From Nitrosopumilus sp. (GTDB taxonomy: Archaea > Thermoproteota > Nitrososphaeria > Nitrososphaerales > Nitrosopumilaceae): a DNA stretch of 64,000 bases. The notes below the pieces were generated by a model. It ran no database searches. It saw only the letters and a program-made list of their open reading frames with translations, and was not told where the DNA came from. Positions 50,692-60,395 of the stretch are shown piece by piece. The translations under genes were made by a program, and so were the position numbers. Numbering within the stretch: the first letter of the stretch is position 1; each line of letters opens with the position of its first letter. The stretch spans positions 1,504,001-1,568,000 of the forward strand of contig OZ252243.1 of assembly GCA_965249555.1 (NCBI GenBank), given 5' to 3'.

Positions 50692-51768
50692 ATGAAATCT
50701 GCTAGAATCACAGGCCCAAATGAGCCTCTTGTTGTATCAGAATTTGAGACCCCTGCCCCTCAAGGAAATCAGGTTCTAGTTAAAGTAAAATCTGTAGGTG
50801 TTTGTCATAGTGATTTACACTTGTGGGAAGGTGGATATGATCTTGGGGATGGACAATTTATGAAAGTTACAGATAGAGGTGTAAAATACCCTGTAACTCC
50901 TGGGCATGAAATTGCTGGCACTGTTGAAGAAATTGGTGATAGTGTTTCTGGAATATCAAAAGGAGATAAAGTCCTAGTCTTTCCTTGGATAGGTTGTGGA
51001 GAATGTCCTGCATGTAAAGTGGGAAATGAAAATCTATGTGATACTCCTAAATCAATGGGTGTTTTTCAAGATGGTGGATATTCTGATTATGCTTTAGTTC
51101 CTAATTTCAAATATCTGGCAAAACTTGATGGTGTTGATCTAGACTCTGCAACTTCGCTTGCTTGTTCTGGACTTACCGCATACAATGCTGTCAAAAAAGC
51201 AAATGCTAATTCCCCAGAATTTCTGTTGATAATTGGAGCTGGTGGTTTAGGGTTGATGGCAATTCAAATCGCAAAAGCAGTAACTAAAGCTAAAATCATT
51301 TGTATTGATAATGATGACAAAAAATTTGAAACTGCCAAAAAGATGGGTGCAGATTTTGTTGTAAATACTAATGTAGTTGGATCTGTGTCTTCTGGAACCG
51401 GAAGTTCCACCGAAAAAATTATTTCTATTTGTAATGGTAAAGGACCTGACAGTATTATCGACTTTGTAAATGCTCCTCAAACTGTGAAAACAGCATTGGC
51501 AGTTTTACGAAAAAGAGGAAATCTTATACTTGTTGGACTTTTTGGAGGCTCTCTTGAATTATCCCTTGTGACCATCCCTCTCAAATCCATTACTATTCAG
51601 GGTGCTTATACTGGTAACTATGATGACATGGTTGAATTAATAGAGTTGGCAAAAAAAGGTGTAATAAAACCAGTCATATCAAAAAGATATGCCCTCGATG
51701 AGGCAAACACTGCCTTGGAAGATCTCAAAGCACGAAAAATTATCGGTCGTGCTGTGATAAATCCATAG
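50692..51768 (+). CDS. Zn-dependent alcohol dehydrogenase (MDR family)
   Basis: GVCHSD, PGHE, CGECPAC...ENLC, GAGGLG. Confidence 0.92.
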   Translation: MKSARITGPNEPLVVSEFETPAPQGNQVLVKVKSVGVCHSDLHLWEGGYDLGDGQFMKVTDRGVKYPVTPGHEIAGTVEEIGDSVSGISKGDKVLVFPWIGCGECPACKVGNENLCDTPKSMGVFQDGGYSDYALVPNFKYLAKLDGVDLDSATSLACSGLTAYNAVKKANANSPEFLLIIGAGGLGLMAIQIAKAVTKAKIICIDNDDKKFETAKKMGADFVVNTNVVGSVSSGTGSSTEKIISICNGKGPDSIIDFVNAPQTVKTALAVLRKRGNLILVGLFGGSLELSLVTIPLKSITIQGAYTGNYDDMVELIELAKKGVIKPVISKRYALDEANTALEDLKARKIIGRAVINP

Positions 51769-51877
51769 TTTGATTTATCATTACAAAATCTTATAAAATA
51801 AAAACATCAAATATTGATTTCAAACGTAAATTGTGAAATTGCAGTTACCCATCTTAAAAACAAGCAATTCATTACTG

Positions 51878-52625
51878 CTAGGTTATTCTGAAATAGAATG
51901 ATTCCATTCTTTCATCAAATCGTACTATAGTATTTGCAGCATCTATCATTGCGTTACGTAACCATGCAGAACCCCTCTTTGTTATTCCGCCTCCCCTGTG
52001 CACATCTGCGCTGTCCCTGTGCGATGGTGCAAGTCCTGCATATGAGACCAGTTTTTCTGCTGTTGCAAATCTGCTGTTGCAAATCTGCTGTTGCAAATCT
52101 GCTGATGTCAACTATCTCTGAAATTATTGTCAATGCCGTGACATAGTTTATTCCAGGAATGGTCACTAGTCTTGTTTTCCCATCCTCATTGCTGCCATCT
52201 TTGTCTCAATTGTGCTGATCTGTTTTTGCGGCATATCTATGGTGTCAAGATATGCATCCATTGCCATTCTGTCAACCTCACTCAGATTAATTTCATGCAA
52301 CCATCGTACTCCTTTCTGCGAGAATGTCTTTGTGGGTGTAATCATATTTTGCAAGTATTGCATAAATCATGTTTTTGTGTCTTGAGACACTTTGCACGCG
52401 ATTCAGTCTGGTTCTTACCAGACTGTATAGTCTATATGGTATTTTTCTGGTACAAATGATTCATACACCATGTCTGCTCTTAGCAAGTCTGCCAATACGT
52501 CTGAATCAAGTTTGTCGTTTTTTAGCTTTGCCTGTGCAATTATCTTACTTCTTTCTGGATTCCCGTTTTATTGTTGCAACACATTTTATTTTGTGAACAT
52601 CAATTCCTATACTGATAACTATATG
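51878..52625 (-). mobile_element. IS110-family transposase pseudogene (copy 1; frameshifted, 3'-truncated)
   Basis: ISIGIDVHK (DEDD first Asp), LLRADMV, MTIPGINYVTALTIISEI, RFATAEKLVSYAGLAPS...SA...GGITKRGSAWLR in broken frames. Confidence 0.88.
52056..52104. repeat. 14-bp tandem repeat x3.5 (TCTGCTGTTGCAAA) frameshifting the transposase
   Basis: Units at 52056, 52070 and 52084. Confidence 0.9.
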
Positions 52626-52810
52626 TGAATACAAAAAGAAGTAATTCAGATAGCATAGGAAATGAACCCAAGTCCAGGAGTCGTAATCCATCATCCCCAT
52701 GGAAAATTTGCATCTCAGTATTGTGTAACAGGCACGAATTTCAATTCATAGAAGATCCGTATTTCTGTATCCCCTATAAATTTACAGAACCTTATTTGAG
52801 AATCAAAAAA

Positions 52811-54214
52811 CTATTTCCAAATTGTAACAATAGTTGATTTTTCCACGTTATTTCCCTTGCTATCAAATCCTTTGGCAGATATTTTGTAAAGACCTTCAGA
52901 GGCGGCATCGCCGTCATTTTTTATTTGATTCCATGAAAATTCTACCTTCTCTCCAGGTTCCAGATGGGACTCTGCCTGCATACTCATAGGCCTATATATG
53001 ACTATTCCAGACAGGTCAGTGATCATAAGACCATGCGATGAACTAGAAAAAGTCAGCAGAGTGGTTCCAGAATTTGCAATTTGAATTTTTATCTTCTCAT
53101 TTTGCTTAAAAACAGATTTTTCAGTAACTATAGAAATTGAAGAGCCCTCGACAAAAATTTGAGCGGGGACATCACCATCACTTGGAATTGACGGGGTGAC
53201 CTTATGATGAGGCATTATATGGGAATTCGCATAATCTACATAAGGGACAAATTGTTCATCTGGTTCCAAATCTTCAAGCTCTCTAGCTTGGGCCCTACTT
53301 GGCTCAAATTCAGACAAAGTAACAATGCCGTCATCAATGGATGTGTATACCCTAGCAGCATTATCAGCGTATGGTTGTAGTGTAGTCGCATGTACTGTAA
53401 AAGATCCAGAATCATATTTGAGATAATCAAGATTTTCTCTATCATGTATATCTGAGGCAAGATATATGACAGGTTCGTTGATAGTCATTTGGAAAGTTGT
53501 TGGGTTGCCATCAAAAGTCAATCCAGTCAAGTTGTGAGAATAGACCTCAAATGGCGGATAATAATGCTCAAGGATTGTCTTTCCATAGTAAGACAGATCA
53601 GTACCAGAAAGATCGTAATTTGCATGAGATTTAATAGAGTATATCTCCCAATCAGCAATATAACAGAATGTATCCCATAATTCTCGGGCATTGTCAAACT
53701 CTGTTCTATATGTTTCATTATAATCATCTAGTTGTTGCTGTGTCAGTTCAAATGAGGATGTTACAGTAACATCAAAAGTCTGACCAATTTGAACCCTGTC
53801 AGGTACCTGTAATGATATGGAACTTGGCAAGACGCATATCGGTATGGGATTTCCAGCGCCATATAGTTCTCCAACACCAGCTGTGGAATTATCAAATGTG
53901 TCTAGTGAGTTTGATTGTATAGTTATTGTTTTAGATTCCATACCATTTGATTTTAAATCAGACGCATTACTGACTGTCTCAACTTTGACAAATCCCATGT
54001 CTGATAATTTTTCAACAGAACCTTCATTTACACAAGCTGGAGTGTTTCGTGGCGATTCCATCAATACTTTATCATCACTGCATTGGATTTCATCTATTGG
54101 TATTCCCGAACTGTATTGTTTGAATGGTGATAAGATTTTTGTCTCTGCAAGTGCAGGCATTATGCCTATTACGACTGTTATGACTAACAGTCCAAGCAGG
54201 GTCATTTTAATCAT
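52811..54214 (-). CDS. Secreted protein: thaumarchaeal SPxKQ/Cys N-terminal module, unknown middle, C-terminal Ig-like (BsuPI-like) domain
   Basis: Signal peptide from ATG 54214; SPFKQYSSGIPIDEIQC...PACV; LEPGEKVEFSWNQ...GLYKI. The ORF-track ATG (54289) lies inside the IS end. Confidence 0.7.
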   Translation of the reverse strand: MIKMTLLGLLVITVVIGIMPALAETKILSPFKQYSSGIPIDEIQCSDDKVLMESPRNTPACVNEGSVEKLSDMGFVKVETVSNASDLKSNGMESKTITIQSNSLDTFDNSTAGVGELYGAGNPIPICVLPSSISLQVPDRVQIGQTFDVTVTSSFELTQQQLDDYNETYRTEFDNARELWDTFCYIADWEIYSIKSHANYDLSGTDLSYYGKTILEHYYPPFEVYSHNLTGLTFDGNPTTFQMTINEPVIYLASDIHDRENLDYLKYDSGSFTVHATTLQPYADNAARVYTSIDDGIVTLSEFEPSRAQARELEDLEPDEQFVPYVDYANSHIMPHHKVTPSIPSDGDVPAQIFVEGSSISIVTEKSVFKQNEKIKIQIANSGTTLLTFSSSSHGLMITDLSGIVIYRPMSMQAESHLEPGEKVEFSWNQIKNDGDAASEGLYKISAKGFDSKGNNVEKSTIVTIWK

Positions 54215-54283
54215 CAATCCGTTTGGCAAATCATTTCTATTAAGTAGTATCCAGCTTGGTTGATGGAAATGTTTCAAAGTTTG

Positions 54284-54905
54284 ATCCATGTGAATTGTTT
54301 TTATACATTTCCTACTTTTTTGCGTCCCGAGGCATAGCCTTCGCTAGGACATATTCGCAGTTATCAACCGAGGCTTGTCCCTCAACATATAAAACGCGAC
54401 TTGCAGTCCTAACTGTAATTCTGTACAAATTCTCTTCTCTCTTTTAGCATCCAGTAAATCACTCGCAGGATATTTGATGATGCAGCAACTATATCTTTTG
54501 ATGAGCCTCTCTTCTTTTTAATGCGATTGTAAAATTTTGTAATGTCACTGTTCTTGGCATGTATTGTATGAGAATGAACGCATTGGATAAGGATCCATCG
54601 TACCGTCATGCTTCCCCTTTTGGTTATACGGTCATGGTGTAACCGTGTCTGCAGAATTTCTAACTGATGGCACGACTCCGACATATGCGCATAACCTGTG
54701 AGAGTCATTGAATCTCCCATACGAAATCGTCTCCAACCCTACTGAGGATACTTACTAGCATGCTTTGCTGAATCAGGACATCTCAGATATGCCTTGCATC
54801 TTATACTTTCGCTGTGTCAGTTCATGATTTTGTGTATAATACACTTTCAGAGTTAGCATGTGCCCGGATTGTTGCAAGCATCCTGTCTTGCAGCTGCCAC
54901 CTTTG
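54284..54905 (-). mobile_element. IS110-family remnant (copy 2): transposase C-terminus plus internally deleted downstream non-coding end
   Basis: CAYVGVVPSVRNSA, RITKRGS..VRWIL, FYNRIKKKRG...ILRVIYWMLK; end sequence shared with copy 3. Confidence 0.85.
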
Positions 54906-54924
54906 TTTTCTCCTCTTTGCAATT

Positions 54925-55238
54925 CTGAAATCTATCTTTTTGAGAATGGAAAGGACGCTGTAAAAGGATGTAAGAAACTATTTTCTAAAAACAAAGAACC
55001 TGTGGTTCTTCTTGATATGGGACTGCCTGATCTTGAAGGTGATGTTGTTGCAACAAAATTACTCGAGGATAAATTGAATTTACAGATTGCAGTTATCACT
55101 GCTGATGAAAAAACAACCACACGTGTTAACAAAACAATCAGTACTGGCGTATCCGCATTTATTCAAAAACCATTTACACTTGATAAAGTCAAAAAAGCAC
55201 TAGATATTGCAGAATCTGAATATTCTTTATTACAATAA
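54925..55238 (+). pseudogene. Response-regulator receiver domain, N-terminally truncated by the IS remnant
   Basis: VVLLDMGLPDLEG, IAVITA, FIQKPF present; first beta-strand/acidic pair replaced by IS-derived sequence. Confidence 0.7.
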
Positions 55239-55728
55239 AAGCAAAGACATGTTTAGTATATTGGCATCTTTGATGTCAATCTCATTGATTCTATAATCAA
55301 TTATCTCTTCTGAAAACTTTTCTACAATTTTCTGTGATGTGTTTGCTTTTTCAGAATCGACTTGAATGATTACTAACATGTTCCATTCTCCTTCCATGTT
55401 TGCTACTAGAAGATAATTATCCAATTTTGTAATGAACTCTCTGATAGAATCTTTTACTGCTTCAAGGGACTGATGGTTTTAGTTTCATCAATATTGCTTG
55501 ATACTTGTTAATTCCAGATACATCTGTCAGAACCGCTTTATACCCTTTAATGATTCCACTTTTCTCAAGTCGTTCCATTCTTCTTCTGATTGTTCTATCT
55601 GAAACATCATGACCTGATTTTGTTAGTTCTGATGCAATTTCTTTTGATGGTGTTCTAGCATTGTTGTTGAGAATCTCAATAATCTTTTGATCAACTTTGT
55701 CTAGATTTGACCATGCATCTTCACTCAT
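55230..55728 (-). pseudogene. Lrp/AsnC regulator split by a frameshift near 55462
   Basis: HTH part LDKVDQKIIEILNNNARTP...IIKGYKA ends KPSVP*; another frame continues LEAVKDSIREFITKLDNYLL...GEWNML. Confidence 0.75.
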
Positions 55729-55797
55729 ACTACACAAAAGTTCTAATGCTTTTTGTATTTTTGGTTGAATTTTGCCCACATACCATTTAGGGTTGGC

Positions 55798-56361
55798 CTA
55801 ATCTTCTAAAATCCAACCTGATTCTAAAATTTGCTGATCTTCTTGTTCTCCCACTCCTGTTGCAAATCTCCAAATAAATGATGCATTCGTATTCATTTTT
55901 TCTTTAATCTTTAGAAGTGACTCTATTTCGGAATTTAGATTTTGATCTGCTGTTCCATGTTCTTTACAAAACTTGCATTTGGTATCTAATGTAATTGGTT
56001 CATTTTCAATTAACGGATAAGTCATACATGCAAGTGGTCTGTCTTTGTAAATTTTGCATGGAAATCCACCATGTGGTGATTTTTTTCCACTATTTGTATC
56101 TAAGAAAGGACATGTGTTTCCATTTTTTTCAATTCCCATCAATTGATATGCCAAAATTTTTGTTGGAGCTGAATTTTTGTCCTCAGAAATCCCAATTCTT
56201 GGAAAAATTTTGATCTCTAATTCATTTAATTTTGCTAATTTTTCTATTCGTTCTTTTTCTTCAGGAAGAATTAGCACTCCTATCTTTCCAAATTTCTTAC
56301 TTGGATAATATTCCCTTTCAATACAACATTGAGAACAATCTTCTATGCACCTAAATTCCAC
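55798..56361 (-). CDS. YkgJ-family (CxxCxxCC) putative Fe-S/Zn protein
   Basis: CIEDCSQCC, CPFL, CKIYKDRPLACMTYP. Confidence 0.85.
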   Translation of the reverse strand: MEFRCIEDCSQCCIEREYYPSKKFGKIGVLILPEEKERIEKLAKLNELEIKIFPRIGISEDKNSAPTKILAYQLMGIEKNGNTCPFLDTNSGKKSPHGGFPCKIYKDRPLACMTYPLIENEPITLDTKCKFCKEHGTADQNLNSEIESLLKIKEKMNTNASFIWRFATGVGEQEDQQILESGWILED

Positions 56362-56470
56362 AGATTAGTTTTCATTGTAATAGATAAAATTCCTTGTGTA
56401 TTGTGATGTACTGGAATTTGACATAATCAAAAACCCTATCAGTTATATGTTTACAATGCCAATTATCCTC

Positions 56471-56782
56471 ATGGGTAAGCGCCAAGTAAAAAATGAAAGT
56501 GCTCTTAAAGAGATCCGTCTCCCTGAAGAAGGCGAACTTTTTGGCAGGGTATTGAAAATGCTTGGAGGTGAAAATGTCATGATAAAATGTGCCGATAATG
56601 TTACCCGACGTGGTAGAATTAGAGGTAAACTAAAGAGAAGAGTTTGGATTAGAGATAATGATATTGTGATTATTGCACCTTGGGATTTTAAAGAAAATGA
56701 ACGTGGTGATATCATTTGGAGATTCACTCTACCTCAAGTGACATGGTTAAAGGAACAAAATCACATTCCTAAAGATTTCTAG
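56471..56782 (+). CDS. eif1a: Translation initiation factor aIF-1A
   Basis: GRVLKMLG...IRGKLKRRVWIR..DIVIIAPWDF. Confidence 0.95.
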   Translation: MGKRQVKNESALKEIRLPEEGELFGRVLKMLGGENVMIKCADNVTRRGRIRGKLKRRVWIRDNDIVIIAPWDFKENERGDIIWRFTLPQVTWLKEQNHIPKDF

Positions 56783-56853
56783 CCTATCTCGTTTTTGACT
56801 TGGTCTGTTTTTAATAACTTACTTAATATAGTGATTAATTATTTGGAAATCAA

Positions 56854-57045
56854 ATGGAACAAGGCACCGTAAAGTGGTTTAACCGTACTAAGGGCTTTGG
56901 TTTTATCGAAAGAGAAGATGGAGACGATCTGTTTGTTCATAAATCAGACGTTGACGGATTCATCAACGAAGGCGATAAAGTCGAGTTTGAAGTAGGCGAA
57001 GGTCAAAAAGGACCTGCAGCACAAAAAGTCAAAAAATCAGAATAG
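56854..57045 (+). CDS. csp: Cold-shock protein
   Basis: GTVKWFN..KGFGFI...LFVHKS...GQKGPAA. Confidence 0.95.
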   Translation: MEQGTVKWFNRTKGFGFIEREDGDDLFVHKSDVDGFINEGDKVEFEVGEGQKGPAAQKVKKSE

Positions 57046-57153
57046 GCATAGAATTTTTTAATTTAAGATTTCTTTTGTTTTCTTAAATCAGTCTATCTTT
57101 TTATTATTTTTCACAACCTTAAATTTACTAGAATACACATTTAATTTCATATT

Positions 57154-57762
57154 ATGACTCAAAGAAAAAATATACCCGAATGGGATTCATTCTATAAAGA
57201 AAATAAAGTAGAAGAAATGCCATGGTATGAAAAGAATCTTGATTCTGATTTAGAATATCAAATAAATTCCATGAATCTCACTAAAGGAAAATTTTTAGAT
57301 CTTGGTACTGGTCCTGGGACTCAGGCAATTCAATTAGCTAAATTAGGTTTTGAATCCACAGGAGCTGACATATCAAAAAATGCAATAGACAAAGCCAAAC
57401 AACTTTCAAGTGATGTAAATTTTGTTGTAGATGATATACTAAACTCTGCATTTCCAGATGATTCATTTGACTATATTTTAGACAGGGGCTGTTTTCATGT
57501 ATTTGACCCAGAATTAAGAGAAAAATATCTAAATCAAATTAAGAGAATCTTGAAAGATAATGGGACATTGTTTCTAAAAGTCATGAGTATTGAAGGGAAA
57601 GGCTTACCTGATGATGAGGGACCGCAGAGATTTTCACAGCAAAAAGTTCTAGATACATTTGAAAAAGATTTTGAAGTAGTAGAAATCAAACCAACTGTAT
57701 ATTATGGAACACTTGACCCATTGCCTAAAGCACTATTTGCAGTCATTAAACAAAAGATCTAA
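57154..57762 (+). CDS. Class I SAM-dependent methyltransferase
   Basis: LDLGTGPG, FDYILDRGCFH. Confidence 0.88.
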   Translation: MTQRKNIPEWDSFYKENKVEEMPWYEKNLDSDLEYQINSMNLTKGKFLDLGTGPGTQAIQLAKLGFESTGADISKNAIDKAKQLSSDVNFVVDDILNSAFPDDSFDYILDRGCFHVFDPELREKYLNQIKRILKDNGTLFLKVMSIEGKGLPDDEGPQRFSQQKVLDTFEKDFEVVEIKPTVYYGTLDPLPKALFAVIKQKI

Positions 57763-57810
57763 TCATAGTAAGATTATTCATTCAAATCTTGGCAATGCAA
57801 ATCCCAATGA

Positions 57811-57957
57811 TTAATCTTCTTCGTCATCTTCAGGTTCCTGCATTCCATCATCTATTACTTTTAATGCAAATGCATCTGGAACAAAATCAAATGATACATC
57901 TGACGTTATTCCAATTGAAAGAACAACAGGAATAATGAAAATATTGTTAAATCCCAT
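57811..57957 (-). CDS. 48-aa ORF (signal-peptide-like start, acidic tail); possible remnant
   Basis: MGFNNIFIIPVVLSIGITSDVSFDFVPDAFALKVIDDGMQEPEDDEED. Confidence 0.4.
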   Translation of the reverse strand: MGFNNIFIIPVVLSIGITSDVSFDFVPDAFALKVIDDGMQEPEDDEED

Positions 57958-58081
57958 GTTGATATGATTTGGTAATTAAATTAGAAGGTTAGATATGTAA
58001 TCTTTTTTTTACGGATTTTTCTAATCTAGATACGCTCATATACAAAATTATGAACTTCAAAAAAGCTATATTGAGGTTGGG

Positions 58082-58186
58082 ATGGTTAAAAGAATTCAAT
58101 GTCCATATTGTGAAAAATATATCGCAGGAGAAGGATTTTTGCAAAGACACATCAAAACTGTCCACAAACTAAAATTAACTACATAG
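58082..58186 (+). CDS. 34-aa C2H2 zinc-finger micro-protein (not in ORF track)
   Basis: MVKRIQCPYCEKYIAGEGFLQRHIKTVHKLKLTT: CxxC-x12-H-x4-H. Confidence 0.65.
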   Translation: MVKRIQCPYCEKYIAGEGFLQRHIKTVHKLKLTT

Positions 58187-58210
58187 TTACAATAAGCGAT
58201 GAATTTTGAA

Positions 58211-58354
58211 TTATTTTATACCTTTACGTATTGCCTGATTTATCACTCTGGAGAAACTTACAGATTTTGGTGAATCCCTTATCTGTCTTGATTGTCTCTC
58301 ACGTAATTTCTTAAAGAGATCATCATCAAGTACTATGGTGATACGTTTCCCCAT
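58211..58354 (-). CDS. 47-aa ribbon-helix-helix (CopG-like) protein (not in ORF track)
   Basis: MGKRITIVLDDDLFKKLRERQ...SVSFSRVINQAIRKGIK. Confidence 0.75.
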   Translation of the reverse strand: MGKRITIVLDDDLFKKLRERQSRQIRDSPKSVSFSRVINQAIRKGIK

Positions 58355-58516
58355 GATGTAATCCATCACTTCATACATTTTAAGTTGTTCGTTTTTTTAT
58401 TGTAACTGATTATCCTTCATAATTATATGTAAAATTATTTTGCGTGATCAATACATAATTTTCTATAATTCAAACTTACAAATTTTAAATCAATATTTAA
58501 TTCCCAGAAAATTTTG

Positions 58517-58643
58517 TGGTCCCGTGGGGCGGAATTGAACCACCGACAACCCGGTTTCTGTATGCCTGATATGCTGCTATTTGGTCAGCCATCTAAAGCC
58601 AACAACTACAGCCGGAAGCTCTACCAGGCTGAGCTACCACGGG
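58517..58643 (-). tRNA. tRNA-Tyr(GTA) with 50-nt intron (58556-58605) and encoded CCA
   Basis: CCCGTGG/CCACGGG acceptor stem (C1-G72, archaeal Tyr); TCCGG-CT-GTA-G[intron]A-CCGGG. Confidence 0.92.
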
Positions 58644-58754
58644 ACAAGGAAAACGAAGATCTATACTATTAAAAAACTATCGTAGGTGGGTTTGTCAATT
58701 TGATCGTTATAACGTACTATACGCATAAATACTCTTGACAGATTTTTAAGCTTA

Positions 58755-59366
58755 ATGTCAAAGCTAACATTATCTTATTCTGGTTATGTTGTTGCTCCCT
58801 ATTTGCATACTCATAGATCTATTGAACTTAAAGAAACTTGGATTAATTCAAAAAATATTGAAAAATTATTTTTTGTTACCGGCACATTTTCTAGTGAAAG
58901 CAAACCATACTTTTCTGATTCTACTAATCATTATCTTCTAGCTAAATTCAAAGATAGTGAACTGACATCACAAGATCTTGCTATGTATAACCAAGAAAAG
59001 ACTTCTTTTGTATTTAATATCAAAGATGATCTCTTCAAAAGAGAAGTTAAAGGCGAAACTAATTTTGTTTCAGTATACTATCTAGAGTATGGAGAAGATA
59101 ATGAAGACCTCCAAGTAATTGCAAACCTCTTGATAAAAAGAGACAAAATTGAGAAAGCTGGACTGGGAAACATGAATACCCGTTGCTTAAATCCTTCAAA
59201 GTTTACATTTCCATACTCTGAAAATATTGTAGTCATTGAAGTTGCAAGTGAAAAGAGTCATCAAAGTCTACAGAAATACTGCGAACAAACACGACGTGAT
59301 GTTAACAGAAAAGGATTAACATTGACTAACTTGATGAGTCTCTCCCTTCTTGATCAACTAAAATAG
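58755..59366 (+). CDS. Conserved hypothetical protein
   Basis: 203-aa ORF, host-like codon usage. Confidence 0.7.
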   Translation: MSKLTLSYSGYVVAPYLHTHRSIELKETWINSKNIEKLFFVTGTFSSESKPYFSDSTNHYLLAKFKDSELTSQDLAMYNQEKTSFVFNIKDDLFKREVKGETNFVSVYYLEYGEDNEDLQVIANLLIKRDKIEKAGLGNMNTRCLNPSKFTFPYSENIVVIEVASEKSHQSLQKYCEQTRRDVNRKGLTLTNLMSLSLLDQLK

Positions 59367-59399
59367 AAAAGTTAAATATTCGAGCAAAAACTGTTTTGC

Positions 59400-59816
59400 A
59401 TGAGCAAGCCATCTGATCTCGGTTCTTTGAAAATAGGTTCTTACATTCTATTACCACATTCTGATCAACCAAGTGGCGAACCATGCAGAATTGTTGAATA
59501 TGATACATCAAAACCAGGAAAACACGGTTCAGCAAAAGCACGAATTGTTGGACAGGGAATTTTTGATGGTCAAAAAAGACCTCATGTAGGACCAGTTAGC
59601 ATGCAAATTCACATCCCGTTAATTAACAAAAAAGTTGGCCAAATCATTTCAATTAATGGTGACGTCATACAAGTAATGGATTCTGAAACATTTGAGACAA
59701 TTGATGTATCTATGATTGACGATGAAGTTAAAGGCAAATTAGAAAATGGGCAAAATGTAGAATATTGGGTTGTAATGGATAAAACTAAAATAATGAGGAT
59801 TAAAAGTATTACTTGA
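59400..59816 (+). CDS. eif5a: Translation factor aIF-5A
   Basis: TSKPGKHGSAK hypusine motif. Confidence 0.96.
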   Translation: MSKPSDLGSLKIGSYILLPHSDQPSGEPCRIVEYDTSKPGKHGSAKARIVGQGIFDGQKRPHVGPVSMQIHIPLINKKVGQIISINGDVIQVMDSETFETIDVSMIDDEVKGKLENGQNVEYWVVMDKTKIMRIKSIT

Positions 59817-60028
59817 TAATAACGCATTTTATCATACAGTCAACTCATCCTAAAACTGATCATTTTGTAAATATTTGATGATAATATGGATCTAACAACA
59901 CAAACATGTCTTCATGATTCATAAAGAAATGTCAGATGCTCAATGATACATATACTAGAACAATTTCAAAGTCAATTCATGGGGTGCAGGGAAATCTGTG
60001 TACAATATAAGGCAAAAAAACCGTATGT

Positions 60029-60395
60029 ATCCATGTGAATTGTTTTTATACATTTCCCACTTTTTTGCATCCCAAGGCATAGCCTTCGCTATGGAATGCT
60101 TTCAAACAAAAGATGACGGACATGTATCCATACGAGGTCTGTTCCTCAATGCTATCTTCATCCCTTTGTCAGGATTATTCGCAGTTATTACCCGAGGCTT
60201 GTCCCTCAACATCTAACACGCGACTTGCAGTCCTAACTGTAATTCTGTACAAATTCTCTCCTCTCTTTTAGCATCCAGTAAATCACTCGCAGGATCTTTG
60301 ATGATGTGGCAACTGCGGCCTTTGATGAACCTCTCTTCTTTTTAATGCGATTGTAAAATTTTGTAATGTCACTGTTCTTGGCATGTATTGTATGA
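60029..60395 (-). mobile_element. IS110-family remnant (copy 3): last ~55 codons of transposase plus full 204-bp downstream non-coding end
   Basis: HTIHAKNSDITKFYNRIKKKRGSSKAAVATSSKILRVIYWMLKERREFVQNYS, nearly identical to copy 2; shared terminus AATTCACATGGAT. Confidence 0.85.
60040..60232 (-). ncRNA. Candidate IS110/IS1111 bridge (seek) RNA
   Basis: Two stem / internal-loop / GAGG..CCTC hairpin modules plus a 3' hairpin, folded by eye downstream of the transposase stop. Confidence 0.5.

Noticed and set aside
55787-55801. TTAGG-N5-CCTAA (and TTAGC-N5-GCTAG near 48514) as further suf-type boxes
   Set aside because: Spacer is 5 rather than 4, and one overlaps a stop codon; probably coincidental
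56854-57045. Bacterial-type cold-shock protein in an archaeon
   Set aside because: Already known in marine Thaumarchaeota; not novel
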